Assembly: GCA_009103225.1 (NCBI GenBank)
Contig: RHPI01003599.1
Span: 1 to 64,000 of the forward strand
Length of the DNA: 64,000 bases
Direction: 5' to 3'
Origin: Chlorokybus atmophyticus
Lineage: Eukaryota > Plantae > Mesostigma and Chlorokybus algae
How positions within the stretch are numbered: the stretch's first letter is position 1; the number at the start of each line of letters is the position of its first letter. Both the position numbers and the translations under genes were made by a program. Positions 24,513 to 38,300 of the stretch are shown here, in pieces. Under the pieces are notes generated by a model. That model was given only the letters and a program-made list of their open reading frames with translations, was not told the DNA's origin and did not search any database.

Positions 24513-27500
24513 ATGTCGTTGTTCAAGGCTAGAGACTGGTGGACAGCTCGCTGTGGCGACGGCAGCGAGGAGTTCCACACTGCTGCCCTCTGCGTCGCCA
24601 ATGTGGACAACGACCCTAGCAATGACGGTAGGGCTTGAATTGATGTGTGCTCAATCACCTTGTCAACTGTTGATGCTGGACATGCTGCTCGCAAGCTTAA
24701 CCTATCTGTATGCTGAGCGTTGCGCAATCCGCAGCGAAGATTATTACTGGCAGCTTGGAGGGCATGCTGAGGGTGTTCAAGCCGCAGCAGCGAGACTTCC
24801 GTGTGGAGGATCTGCTGCTGGAGGTTGAGCTGCCGCTGCCCATCTTGCAGCTGGCTGTAGGGCGCTTCAGTGCGTGAGTGCCGCATGCATTGCCCTTGCT
24901 GATATGCTGCTTGACTGCTGAGATGGAGTCACAGAATACGCACAGCATCCATAACACAATGCTCTTTGACAAACATGGCATGATGTATGGTTCGTAGGTA
25001 TAACAAGCATTGTACGAAATATTAGCACAGTTTTGTTGGACAATCTTGAGTGTTGCACTGCAACCTGCAAGTTGACGTCAGGAACGCACACATAACACAT
25101 CATCATACCCATGTCAGCTGTGGTTGGCTGATGCACTGCTTTGGCAGCGCTGCGCCAGGCCAACATGCACTCGCTGTACTCCACCCGAGGCGGCTGGCAG
25201 TCTTTGCGCTTGGTGCAGTAGGCAGTGCCGCTTCTTCCGCTGCCGCGGGTCAGCAGGCAAGCTGCTTGGCGCTAACATTGCTGTACGAGCACCAGCTGGA
25301 GCGCACTGCGTGCAACATGACACATGGCCCTTTTGGTGGCGCTCCCGGTACATGTGGTTGATACTTGAGCCAGAGATTGCATGTGACAGAAGCCATCCAA
25401 TGTCGTGCATGCTCACAAAAGACTGATGACACGCTCAGGTGGTGTGGACTACATATGCGTCCAGTCCATGGATGGGCAGCTGATGTTCTTTGAGCATGAA
25501 GCTCTGGCGTTCACGCGATTCTTGCCGAGTTTTGTTGTGCCTGGCCCGCTGGCCTATTGCCAACGGACAGACACCTTCATCACGTTCAATTCCTCGTTCG
25601 CAGTGGAGTGCTACAAGTGAGAGATGCTGAGCGCACATCAGCATCAGCGTTCCATTGGTCATAGGTTTCCCTCATTGGCAGGTATCAAGTGTTGGCTGTC
25701 TCTTCTGCAGAGCAAAGAGGGGAGCCTGTCGGACTCAATCAGTCCAAGCGCGTGCAGGTTCTGGTTGCTAGTGCAGATGCACATGGACACTATCTGCATG
25801 ATGGCTAATGCGTCGTGATATGACAGTGCGATTGGTCCCTCATCTTGGAGGAGCCTGCTCTGGACGCAAGGATAGGGCGGGTTTCGTCCGGCCTTTTGGC
25901 CAACCAAGTCGACATTGTCGTGTTAAGTACGCGCGCCTCTATGCTGTGGTGGAAACCATGCCAAGTGTGCTGCTTTCCAGTTGTGTAGATGTGCGTGCTT
26001 GAGTTGGCCAGTGCACGCAGACTCGGCTTGTAATCCTGGGTTGGGAGTCTGACAGAATTCTTGTTTCAGCTGAGCGCCAAGTTCTGTGCATACAAGAAAA
26101 TGGTTGCATTCGGTCGCAGAAGCGTCTTGACTACAGTCCTGCGTGCCTCTGTACATACCCGCGTGGGGACAATGGTACTGCTTTGCCAATGCCACAATGC
26201 CATTGAATATTGCATAGAAGCCTGTTGTGGATTAACTGGCTCTTTGACTCACCCTTTTCATCTTTGTTGCGCAGGCATGATGGACAACATTATGGTTGGA
26301 GCAGCAACTGGGTCGTTGCTGGTGTACAGAGAGTCTCAGCTTGCTTGGGCTGCCAAGTATGACGCAGCGCTGGCGGCTCTGGCAGTGTCTTCCTTTGGGT
26401 ACGTGCTGTGGTGCGGCAGCCTCTCCCAAACTGTTCGTTACAGTCAATGGTTGTGTACAGAGGCCTTCGTGGGCTAGTTGTCGGCCTCACGGATGATGGA
26501 CGATTGTCCGTCATGTACATGGGGACGGATCCGGTCTCTCAGGTATGCTTAGCGCTGCATGCACGTGCTTCTAGTTTTGCTGAGTACTATACTGACAGCA
26601 TGATCAGCATGATTCAGGCATGTGAGGTGTGCTTGTTGACTCAACAAGCCATGTTGAGAGAAACTCACTCACGCAGATCTGGGTCAGCTTTTGTCACAAA
26701 TGTCTTACAAGAGCTGACACATGTACGCCTAAGTTCAGTCAATTTGCAACAATGATACGACACATTCTGTAAAGTCGCCGCATCCAACACTGTTTGGACT
26801 GCAACCTGCTGCTAACCAGCAGCTACCATGTTTCTTCCAGGGTGTGAACGCGCCTGCGCCCACCATGGTGGACAATCTGCGGTATGAAGAGATGGACGCC
26901 GAGCATCGCCGTTTGTTGCAGCAGATTAGAGACGTAACTGTCGGTGAGTGATTGCAGTACACCATTGCCAGTCACTCTACAGTGCAAATGTTTTGTATTG
27001 CTTTGTAGACACATCTAGTGCTGACCTTGCTGCCTGCCGCTTCAGATGGCAAACAGGAACCTGCGAATGCGTTGGTCCTGCGTGCTCAAGTCCCAACTAG
27101 GCTAGATTCTGGCACAGAGGTGATTATTATGTTGGAGTGACCGCAAGCTGCTGTACTGAATGCTGCAACGCTTACACTAGTCAGTAACTGCTATCAACTT
27201 CTGATTGCAGGATGAGCCACACCATGGCACGACTTCGCAAGCAACAGTTACTGCTCGCCTGTTTTTGAACTACACCGGCAGGGACACTATCCAAAACATA
27301 CAAGTTGCTGTCAGCGTGCCGCTGCCGATTGCGTGTGCACAGGAGACATTTACCATTGCTTCTCTCGGTACATATTCCTCATCTTGCACAGCAATTGCCC
27401 AACATGCCATAAGTTGCATTGCTAAACAAACTGACCCACTTGCCTTTGTAGCTGGCGGTCAGCGCACCCCTGCAATAGTTCCCATTGAGCTCAGTTGGGC

Positions 27501-29043
27501 TTCATCAAGTCAAGGGCTTGCTGCACCATGGTTCACATCAGCACACGTGGCAGTAACGTATGTCACCAACGACGGAGCCCCGCGCACTGCGAGTTGTGAA
27601 CTTCACTTACCACTCGCTCTCTTTGCACAGTCTGTACCTCCGGTGAAGAAGGCAGGCTACAAGGTACACTGCACCTCAAGCAGTAGCATGTTTTGTGTTA
27701 TAGATGAGCGCTTTGCATGCTTGGCAGGTAATACGAGCTTGACAACATGGCATGGTTCTTGCAGATCACACTGGACACAAACCGAGATCCCGTTGACTTG
27801 ACAGAGTTGTTTGATGACTTTGTGCCGTCCACGAGCGATGGTGGAGGTAGTGTGTTGTCCCTAAGGTACCGCTCAGGGCATGACTGCACCATACTCGTAT
27901 CCAAAAGCGCAGGTAAGCAGATTGCTGTGTGACAACAGTATGGTTTGACCACCTCAACGAACATTGCCAACTTGCAGGTCGTTATCGGCTGCAGTCCAGC
28001 ACGTTCGAGGCTCTGTGGCTGCTGTCGCATGAGCTCTGTCATCGATTGACAGCGCACTACAATGCCATCGAGCAATCAAAAACAAAGAAGCTGCAATCCT
28101 TTGCCATCACTTTCGAGGAACCTTTGCCGCTTCAAGATTACTTCGCAGTCGTGGACGCGCACTTCAACGTGCGAAACTAGGCAGCATGCGTGTTCTCCGT
28201 CCATTCTCACGGTGTATCTCACAATCTGTACTGGCAGGCACGCATGGCGATGGCAACCGCAAGCAAGCTGGTTGATGACAAATCAACACAACTGAGAGCT
28301 ATTCAGAAGCGGCTGTTAGTGCGATTCCGAGACAAAACTCCTGCCTCATTGACACATCTGGACCTGTTGTTCCAGGTACATGGTGATGACAGCAATGCCC
28401 GTGATGTTGCTTGTGGTTGTTGATGTGACTGAATGCAGGGCGCATACGAGCAACTATCAGAGGCCATAGAGCAGCTGGAGTCCTGTCAGAGAGATACACA
28501 ACAAGCAGCAGTGCGCTTGGCCGGTGGCACTCGCGTCATGTTGCTGCTTCTGAGGTGTGTATGTCCTCCATCAAAGAAACGACTATGTATTGCACTTGTA
28601 CACATAGCAATCAATGCGTGAAGTAAATGTGGCATGCGCAGGTTGAAATGCAAGCTTAGCGATGCAGAATGCGCAGTGTTGGAAAGCTATTTGCCGCCTG
28701 TATTGGACGAAAGCGCTGAGCAGGTGAGAGAGATGCGTGTACTGGACCAACAATAACCACAAGTTGTTGGGTACTGCTTACCATGTTGGCAATGGCATTC
28801 CAGCTGCAAGATGCACTATACAATGAAGCTGAGAGGTCACACTTGTAACAGGGCTGGGAGGAGACAACAGAAGCAGCTCTGCAGTATCTGTCGCGGACAG
28901 TTTTTGCGAAGCACGCAAAGGAGGGTTTTAGTGTGCAGCTCCAAGAGCCTCTCCAAGACACGGTCAAGCTAAAAAAGCAGATTACCAATCTGTGCGAGAA
29001 GCTAGCATCAGGCGCTTCGCTGATTAAGCAGAGTAAACAATAA
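24513..29043 (+). CDS. BBS9: Bardet-Biedl syndrome 9 / PTHB1 (BBSome core subunit)
   Basis: N-terminus MSLFKARDWW...LCVANVDND, then IITGSLEGMLRVF, ICVQSMDGQLMFFE, VPGPLAYCQRTD, YRLQSSTFEALWL and AIQKRLLVRFRDKTPASL. Many GT-AG exons; those I checked join in phase. Stop TAA at 29041-29043. Confidence 0.92.
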
Positions 29044-29825
29044 TAATGTACTGCCAACGAGCAAGCTGCTGGCCAAGTTGCAACTGATCAATATTGTCAT
29101 GGGGTCAGCGATCCTGATGTCCCACAGCTGTTGCTTGCTGTTGTCTGCTGTCACACAGCACATCCAGCATGCATATACTCATATGCGTTCTATTCTAATG
29201 TGCACGCAAGCGTGGTCAAAGCCCTGCTGATTGTGCCTGTGTTGCACACATCAGCAGGGCTTTGACCGAAGCCGTGGGCGCATAGATGGTGCGGGTGGAT
29301 CATGTGCAAGCATGAGCATTCATTGTTGAAAAGTTACATTACTTGCGGCACACATCAAGAGTCATCGCTGGTGTCATGCTTGCAACCTGATGACTTGCAG
29401 TGCCTGGATGGAGAGTTGCTTGGATGCAAATGACATCAGTTGAAGGGGCCACAAGGTGGATCACAATGGAATGCACAAGCCACAAACAGCTGCAATAAGC
29501 TGAATCAAATGTATGCAATCCATGTGTAGGGTTTACAGCTCACACAATGCTCGGGCACCCCCGGACATTTTAGCACGCCCTACACAGCGAAAGAAACAAA
29601 CAACTGCATCACAATTTGCCATTAGGAGAAAGGACTCCACGCTCCTACTGGATGACCACCACAGCCCACATCACACACGCCACAGTGCAGGGCTGTACAA
29701 GACAACTAAACTGTCACTTCTTGAGAAGGACTGCCATCAGCTGCCCCAAAACACCAACACACCAAAACTGCTTTATTGCGTGCTATATACACAACCGGCC
29801 TCGTCTCCAAGCTACAACGCCTTGG

Positions 29826-30735
29826 TCACCTACTACTACTGCGCTGCAAGGAGGAGGCAACAAACCCGGGCAGCGACTCGGGGTAGAACAGCTGGCGCAC
29901 GGCCCAAAGGTCCACAACTCCATTTGAGACCCCCACACACGGCGTGTACTGCCGCACATTCATCTGCGGCGTCTTCGGCAACAGCTGCTGCAAACCGAGC
30001 CGAGACTCGCGCAAGATCCCCGTCGCTGCTGTCATGAGCATCTTGCCTTTGCCTTTGGAGGATGAAAGCAGCCTCGATGAACTTGATGACTGAGCTGTTG
30101 TAATGTTGTTGTGTGCATTCGAGCTCAATGCCGGTGGCCTCTCAATTGATCGCTGCACTTGTGTGATGGCAGTTGTGTTGTGCTTCGCATCGGATGAGCT
30201 GTTGAGGCCCTTCACTCTGTTGTAAAGGTAGCGAGGCAGTCGCATTGACTCTTTAACAAGACGGTTTGCCCTCGTGCGCGAAACTGGGTTCTTGAATATC
30301 CTCATGTTTAGCCTGTACACTCGCCGATATATCCGATGGAAGCCGTATGTCTGCAAAAGAGGCTCAATCAGTTGGTTATGTACGGCCATCAACCGAAGTC
30401 GGAGAATAGGCCGTAAGCATGCACAGAACAGTTTAGACCAGGTTCGATTCAAGATCTCATCTACTCAGTAAGCCATCTGCCAGCTGGCGCACAACTTAAC
30501 AATCGCACGTAACAATCCAGAGGGTCAAGTTGAATGTTTCTTAGCAAACAACTGTAGCAAACAAGAAGAAAGAAAGCTGGTCATTCTCGCCGTAGCCCTC
30601 AACGAGCCAAGCAGTCCAGCGCATGCGCGTAAATGTGCGAACCAATTGACTCACCTTTGCGACGCCGAAAACGACAACCTTCTTTGCCAGGCTGAACAGC
30701 ACCAGCTTCGAGATGATCGCCAACGGCATAGGCAT
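29826..30735 (-). CDS. Small hypothetical protein (hydrophobic/basic N-terminus)
   Basis: Exon 1 (30735-30655, MPMPLAIISKLVLFSLAKKVVVFGVAK) splices in phase 0 (AAG|GTGAGT ... TTGCAG) to exon 2 (30350-29826, TYGFHRIYRRVYRL...). Telo-box upstream. Confidence 0.6.
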
Positions 30736-31468
30736 GATGACGACGATGAAGGGAAATGCTGAGGTGGTTGTTTACGCTCGATCTCAGATACTACACTATA
30801 CTGAACTTTTCCTGTTGCAGAGCCAACCAATGCACAAATACAGCAAGCTGCAGCCTAGGGTTTCGCCTGCTCCATGCTGTTTCGGCTCCCTTCTTCTGGA
30901 TGCTTCCGCTCGTGCTGTTGCCTCGCGTCAGGTCAACAGTGGCAGAGCGTGGGCGCCGTCGACAAACACAAGCCCCAGGCAAATTTGTAGTAGTCCTCAC
31001 AGCCAAGAGTGCAACAGCCGCAAGCACACACGCCGCCAACAACGATGACGGCGACAACGGCAATGACAAGGACAGCACGGAAGTGAGCATATGACAAGTG
31101 ACGCGGTACTGAAGTCAGCTCTGTGTTGTGCGGCAACGCACAAGCTCAAGCTGAAGCGATACTCTACTACTCTGGCACACATATCGAGCGGAGACATATA
31201 TATCCATAGTCTAATGGTCTAATCTACAGTCTCTGTTTAAGAGTACTGACAGGGTTTGCAATAAGAATACGTGCAAAGTGTACCTGCAGCGGCGGCGGCG
31301 GCGGTGCTCTGTGCGTCGTGTGTGAACGCTAGCGTTTTGGTTGTATGGGTGTGGGTGCTGCGGGGTTGCTGTTGCTGATAGGCGGAGAGGAGAACGACAG
31401 TATCAGCTAGGGTGTGGATTTCTCTCCGAAAAAAAGACAACACCAGCAGCGACGAAACGGCAGGCAGT

Positions 31469-32881
31469 ATGGATAAGGCGTTCAAGACGGTGAAGGAGGG
31501 AGAGCAGGTCAGTCATTCAAGCGGCGGTGAATGCGTTGTTTGACTGCATGTCCGTACGCAGGTCCATGCGCAGGTACATGCGAACTGTGTCTCTCCTTCT
31601 TGACAACCGCGCGATTGCACTTGTCACACATGCAATCGCCATGCCATGGTGGGCCTTCGATCAATCACATACACGCGCATGCACGCAGGCTCCTCCGGCG
31701 CCGGACGCGTTTGTTGAGTGGGCCGCATTGACCAGCTTCGGCCTCATGCTGGGCACATGGATAGGCGTCGCACGAGAAGCCCTCGACATCAACGTAAGAG
31801 AGAGTATTCAGCAGAAGCATCGTTTGTCACGCTGTGAGATTAGAGAGAGTGCACGTGTGTCATTGCATTATACTTTGTGCAGCGTGAGCAGCGTGCGAAG
31901 GGTGCGCCGGAGGAGTTGGCTGGCGAGACTGCTGCGGCGCGACGCACGCGACTGATGCACGCGTACAGAGACGAGCAGTACAGACGACTGCACAGAATGG
32001 CGTGGGCAGGAGCAAAGGGCGCAGCAAAGGTGTGTGCGCGTGCACACTTACATTCCCACATACAAATCCATGCTCGCACGCACTGTACTAACACAAGCAC
32101 ATACACCTTGTGTGTGCGCGTGTGCAAGCAAACCCAATTGCGCGTGTGCCTGCGTGCCTTCAGGCGCGTGTGCGTGCGTGTGCGTATGTGTCTTGCAGGA
32201 CCTTGTGGTGATGATGATGTGTGCTGTTGCACAGGTGGGTGGGTTTGTTGGGGTGTTCAGCGGGGTGCAAAAGTACCTGGAGTACCAGAGGCACAAGCGG
32301 GATGCGTTGAACTATGTTGCCGCGGGTGCTGCAGCTGTCACCGCCTCCTCTCTAATACGTAAGTGCGGGTTGTCAATGGTGTATGGTACTCAGAATCTAC
32401 TCAGCAGCACAGCGCGTGTTGTTGCAACCTGCGTTTAACACTGTTGTATTGGTGTGTACGTGTGCAGAAGGCGGGTCACCAGTGCAGAAGCTTCGCACGC
32501 TGGGGTCTGGTTTGCTAATCTCTACCGCCGTGTGCTTTCCTTTGGGTAAAGATGGTTTTACATTCTGCACACGTTCGCATGCCGACATGCATATGCACCC
32601 ACATGTGCACACATCCACGCGCACTTGCGCGCACACATGCATGCGCTTTTACGCATGCGTACTTGGACATGCACACAAGTGTTTGAGTTTGCATTATTTC
32701 AATCAGTGTTTGGCTGTTAGGTTACGCCGTAAGCAAGCTTCAGGACAAGTTTGACGACGACGACACTACCAGCTCTGGAGTCAACACGCAAGCTGAGGCC
32801 GCGGAGGAGGTTCAGGACTATGCCGGGAAGTCGATAGAGGTGCTGCAGGACAGCTTGAAAAAGCGCCAACAACAAGAATAG
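31469..32881 (+). CDS. Tim17/Tim22/Tim23-family (PRAT) membrane protein, similar to the At5g63000/TIMMDC1-like group
   Basis: Six exons join in phase: ...EWAALTSFGLMLGTWIG...DEQYRRLHRMAWAGAKGAAKVGGFVGVFSGVQKYLEYQRHKRDALNYVAAGAAA...TAVCFPLGYAVSKLQD...*. The family is assigned from remembered similarity. Confidence 0.72.
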
Positions 32882-33520
32882 TATTAGCTCAGTATCTGTT
32901 AGCTTCTTCACCAAGTCATGTTGGGTGCCGCCACCACTATCAACATTACAGCAACACCTTGTTGCAACCTCGCCATGTGACTCTTGAATACACTTGCGAG
33001 GGCATCGCGTACCCACATTGGTTTCATGGTGGGTAATAGCTGGTTAAGATATGCCCTTGACACGACAGTGCCGTGCTGTGCTAAACGCGTCCAGAAACAC
33101 CTTCATGTATTCGGAATTGGCAAGCACAATTGACTTAAGAGGTAAGAATGTGCACTGCTGTGGAAGCTAATGTGGTCTCCTTCTCCTGGTGAGACCACTC
33201 GCATGGATTGATTCGGCTCAGTGGGGATGTACTGAATTTCGCCCAACAACCCCACATCATCGGCCTTGCACTTTTGCGCGCCCTGGCACGCCTTTCGGCT
33301 TCAAGAGATTTGCAGCAACCTTTGCACTAGTCTTTCTCCCACGTGGCGCTCTGCAACGCGCTTTGCACCATCATCACGCAGGGGAGGAGGAAGAAGAGAC
33401 CTCATAACTATCATCCTCACTGTACAATGGTAGAGCATGCAACCTCATGACTGCTATTTCAATTTGAGTGGGGTGCATTACAAATCCATCAACAATAGGC
33501 TCCTTTTGTGTGTATGTGTA

Positions 33521-33836
33521 TCACCTATCCGGCTGGCGTGGCGGGTCATAACTGAAAGCGTCTTCTAGATCGCTCATCTCAGCGTCATACTGGCCTGCGA
33601 GGGCACCTCCACTGTTGTTGTTGTTGTTGTTTCGCGCGCCGCCGCTACCGCTACTGCTACTGAGCTCTACGCGTCCTCCCGGCGTGCTGAACAGCGGCTG
33701 CATCACGCGCTGGTCAAAGCTCTTCCACATGCGATGCGCGCCCGACACGGGAGTGAAGTCCACCTCATCATCATCATCATCCTCGACAATATCAACACCG
33801 TTCCTGCTCCTCCTACCAGTCTCACTGCTGAGACAC

Positions 33837-33871
<35 letters not shown>

Positions 33872-36521
33872 AGTTACTATCACACCACAACAATATGAGA
33901 GTCGAATACCCCAATATATGTACCTTGTTGGTGTGAGTGTTTCGTACACGCCTGTTGTGTTGGGGTCGCCGCGTAGTCCCGCGACAGCGAGCGTGGGTCC
34001 CGTGGCGGCGCCGAGCACAATGGTGGAGGTGACCACGATGAAGAGCGTCGTAGTCTCGAGGGCGCGGCTGTGCGTGGGCAGGTTCACCGCCAGCGCGTAC
34101 GCGATCGCGCCGCGCAAGCCGCACATCCACATCACCAGCTGCATTGGCGTCGTGATCTTCTGCCTCCTGTGTGTGGGCACACGTGGGTGTGTGCACGCGC
34201 ATGTGCATGTGTGGGCCTGTGAGCCCATGCATATACGCCTGGGCGCATGCCTGAGTGAGTGTGCGCGTGCGTGCGCTCGTGCATGTGTGCTTGTATAATC
34301 TTGTGTTTCTGCGTCTGGTTGCAGCAGACACGATGAAGCAAGCAGTTGAGTAATAACTCATCAACCTACCTTGTCCTGTTTGCGAGGGCTGAGAGAGGGA
34401 ACACGTTGAGCGCGCGACCAATGAGGCAGAGCGGTACTGTTGCCGTGATCATTGCAATGTCCCACACATGCTTGAACACAATGACCTGTACACCAATGCA
34501 CACACATGCTCGGTTGGCCACTGATACACTTCTCTGCTTATGTATGCATCACACTTGCCTGCAAGCCCAGGTACGCAAACACGAAAGTCTCAGCAAGGAA
34601 GGCGATGGACTCAAATGCGTGCTTCGAGCTGGACTTGGCCGCGCTCGAAACGTTGTGATAGCCGTAGTGAGCGTGGCAGATCCCGGTGAAGAATAGCGCC
34701 ATGATGCCAGACAACTGCAAATGGAACATCGTCATGAACACCACCACTAACAACAACAGCACCAGCAACAACAAGGGCAGCGGTTGTGAACATGAACACC
34801 ATTTACAGATTACTTTTTCACCTGCATTGCTTCGGCTATGAGGTACGCAAAGTACGCGGTGAGGATCACGAGTGACAGCTCAAACTTGCTGTTGGAAGTG
34901 TCCATATCAATCGCCTGCGAGGCCATGATTTACATGGTTATGAGAACCGGTTGTTCTCGGCTTGTTGATCACATAAGCTACCTTACACTCAATGGTCCAT
35001 ACCTTTAGCATGAGAGCGGCTAGCAGTGCTACCGCAACACCCACAAGGATGGATCCCAGCGACACAACAAAAAACCAACCTGCAACAGACACCACACACA
35101 AGTTAGAGCCACGCATGCCATATGGCTATACTCAATGTGTGACATACAAAGTAAGAAACTAATGATGTGTAGTGCTCACCAAAAGCGATCCCCATGGTTG
35201 GCAAACTGAACTCGACAGGCGCAGGGGACGGAGCTGAGCCGCCGCTGCCGCGTGAACCTGGTGCAGAGTAGAATGACTCGAAGGTGCGGAACAGCACGAT
35301 GGCCACGGCGTCGTTCAGCACGCTCTCCCCGAACACCACGTTGTACAGCAGTGGCGGCGCGTTCAAATCTGTTGCGTAATAAGAACATGTTTTTGAGTGA
35401 AATTACTGTTTGCGCACGCGAGCGTGCACGCGCACATATACACACGCACACACGCGCATGTGCTCGTGTTTGTGTACATGCATGTGCGATACATATACAC
35501 GCACACCCTTGTGTGCTTGCAGGTGTGCATGTGCGGTTGCACGCGTGCAAGCGGACATGTGCACACGCAGGCATACATTCACACACGCGCGCGCATGCCC
35601 GTATGCGCACACCTGCGAAGATGGCCAATGTGGCCACAGGGTCAATCGCGGATATGAGCGACCCGAACATCATGCTTTCCAGCAAAGGCGCGTCTTCAGA
35701 CAGCTCCTTAACCAGCCCCAACGCGTACAATCCATACAGCCCCAAACCCACTACCATCGTGCTGATGATCGTGCCCACCACGGCAAACAGGTTGATCGAT
35801 GTGAAGTTCCTGAAGAAATCCTGCACAGATGTATTGGTACGTGCATTGTTATGTGAGAGAAGGGATGGGTGTGAACACTCTCACCCTTTTTTTCAGGGTG
35901 AAGCCGGCAATGTAGATGATGGGTGGGAGGAAGCCGTAGAAGAATGCGCCTGGCTGGAAGCGCAGCGGCTTCTCAGAGAACTGCGGCGCAAACTTCGCTA
36001 TCACCCCAAACACCATGCCCAGCAGCATGGCAGCCCCTGTGTACGTGTGCGCGCGTGTGTATGTGTGTATACGCGTGCATGCATGCATATGCACGTGTGA
36101 CAAATGCGTGCGAGTGCGCAATGGTATTAGTGCGTGCGTGCATGCATGCATAAGCACGTGCACACGTACGGACAAATGCGTGCAAGTGTAATTATGTGTG
36201 TTTGTGCGTGCCGGTGTGTCCATGCATGTAAGCTTTACACATGCAGGCGTGTCAATGCTGTCAACTGCTGAAATGCTACGCAGTGTTCACCGCATGTGTC
36301 CCATTATCACCATCCTCATACCACTGGTTTCTCCTCATTGTCATCATTATCGTCGTCATGAGTATTCCATTCTAGCTGACTGACCTGAGTCTGGGAGAAA
36401 GAGCGACAGCCGGAACTTCTTGATGGCATAGGCGGCGACGACACAGATTATGAGGAGGATGTTGCATAGGAGGAGGTCTCTCGCCACGCCCTGCCCCTTC
36501 AGGTACGACGGGTCCGTCATT
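33521..36521 (-). CDS. NHX: Na+(K+)/H+ antiporter, CPA1 family (endosomal NHX5/6- or NHE8-like)
   Basis: Motifs FFYGFLPPIIYIAGFTLKK, FGSLISAIDPVATL, LYNVVFGESVLNDAVAIVLF, LSGIMALFFTGI, AFLAETFVFAYLG and MWMCGLRGAIAYALA. Multi-exon; the 5' end is uncertain. Confidence 0.92.
33838..33869. repeat. (AC)n microsatellite in an NHX intron
   Basis: 16 AC units. Confidence 0.95.
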
Positions 36522-37569
36522 GCTGACCCAATGCACCAACCCTATCCTCAAGCTGGTGATACTGCAATGCACCAGCAACAAGCTGCAAGTTCAATCAGCC
36601 AAGCATGCTAACGAACGACCCACTGCTCCACTAAGACTAGTTTACCAGCTATTACCACCTAATGCATCCCTATTGTGAGCGGCACAGCACAAAATTGAAC
36701 ACTCTCATACACACGGCAGCAAGCAGTGTGAGTGGTCTTGTCAGCCTCCGACAGCTGGGCGTCCAATCGCCGTGGCTTGCAGCAAGCAAGGCATGCGGTC
36801 GATTCAAAGAGAGCTTGACAATGCACTTCTTATCAGCACTTGTCGAGCACAATAAACAGAACGCGTTCCTCACACCGCCGCTGCCGCCGCCGCCGCCAGC
36901 TGTATACGACACGTGGCAGCTGACGGGAGAGCTTTAGCAGATGTCGGACGGATATCGAACGCAAAGGTTCGATATCGTTTATTCTAATGCTCAAACTTGG
37001 CTTCAATTAGGGATTGTATTGAGCAGGCGGTGTAGGCATTTGTCTCAGTGTGCATGGCGGGGGAGGGGCGGCGTGGGTGTTGAGAAGGGGGTGGGACGGT
37101 GGTAGATGAGGCGCAAGCACAGAGCGGCTTCTCTGCGGATTGGTCAAGTTAGGTGTCAAGGTGCACAGTTGGGCAAAGGCAAACGAGCATGAACTTCCAT
37201 GGCTGATTAGGTGGGTCGCAGTTGCTAACCCATGCACAGTAGCCAGCACTTGATGGTTTGTATAGTATGAGTCAACATGGCTATGGTCATCACAGAATGA
37301 ACTTGCTGATTCGTGTCTATGTTGCTAAGCACGAGGTGCAGTAGTGATGTGTTTACGTGGTAAGAGGAGTGCATTCAGACATGAGTTGTCTGTCATGCCA
37401 GCGACCACACGAAGCCTGCGCAGAACATAGTTGCATGCGTGCGCGTGTCTTTGCCTAACCGCGCAAATGAGCTCGTTTACGCCTGCATGCATAGACGTGC
37501 TCTGTGCGCGCGTGCACGCATGCATTGTAGCGTGCGTGCGTGTGCGAGCGAGTCAGCAGTAGGCATGGT

Positions 37570-38300
37570 GTAAACCAAGCGGTTCTCGTAGTGTGGACGT
37601 GCCAGCGTGGCGACAACAAGAACGCCGCGTGGAAGCGTTCCTGAAGCAAGCCTTATCAAGCCGCGTGGCCTTTGTGCAAGTCTACCAAAGGCCCAACCTT
37701 GCGTGGGACACATCCCAGGTACGCGCACACGCTTACATGTGCATGGTGATTTCAGCACACTCCACAGTCATCGCCTGTATCCTGCAGGGCTTGCCAGCAC
37801 TTGAGCCCGTCGCTGAAGTGGGGAGTTCTCTTCGCCGAGGGTGATGCGGCTGTCAGGCCGGTGGACATTGAGCGGGCTGCCGAAAAGCCGAGGTGAACGC
37901 TTCCAGAATACATTTCTGCAACTTCTGGGGCGCCGCCACCTCAAAGACGGCCAGTTGCCGAATATGTAGTCTGGAAATGCCCTGCAGGTCAGTGTGTAGT
38001 TGTCATGCTTGTTGTGCTTGCAGCGTACGCTTGCATGTCTCACCAGTCGTGCGATGCCAGGAGAAACGCACGCTATCAGCACGAGAGTATGTGTCACTTG
38101 AAGATGGATGACTCGGCCGTTAACATAGTTCCCAGTCAGCTGGACCGGGTGGTGCTTCTGGCAGTTGCTTGGCAGCAAGGATGGTACGCAGAACCCTTTT
38201 GCGGTGAAACGCGCCGTTGGCTAGAGTTTTCTCCACCAGCCGTCGAAGCAATTGCGCAACCTGTCGGGCCTGTAAGCATGCAACCACTGAGTGCAAGTTA
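37570..38300 (+). pseudogene. Possible spliced pseudogene fragment, unknown family
   Basis: Two canonical-looking introns (CAG|GTACGC...CTGCAG and CAG|GTCAGT...TTGCAG), but every joined frame contains stops. Confidence 0.25.

Noticed and set aside
33189-33407. Short ORF between the Tim17-family gene and NHX
   Set aside because: No ATG start, no splice partner and no recognisable motif. Probably 3' UTR or intergenic sequence.
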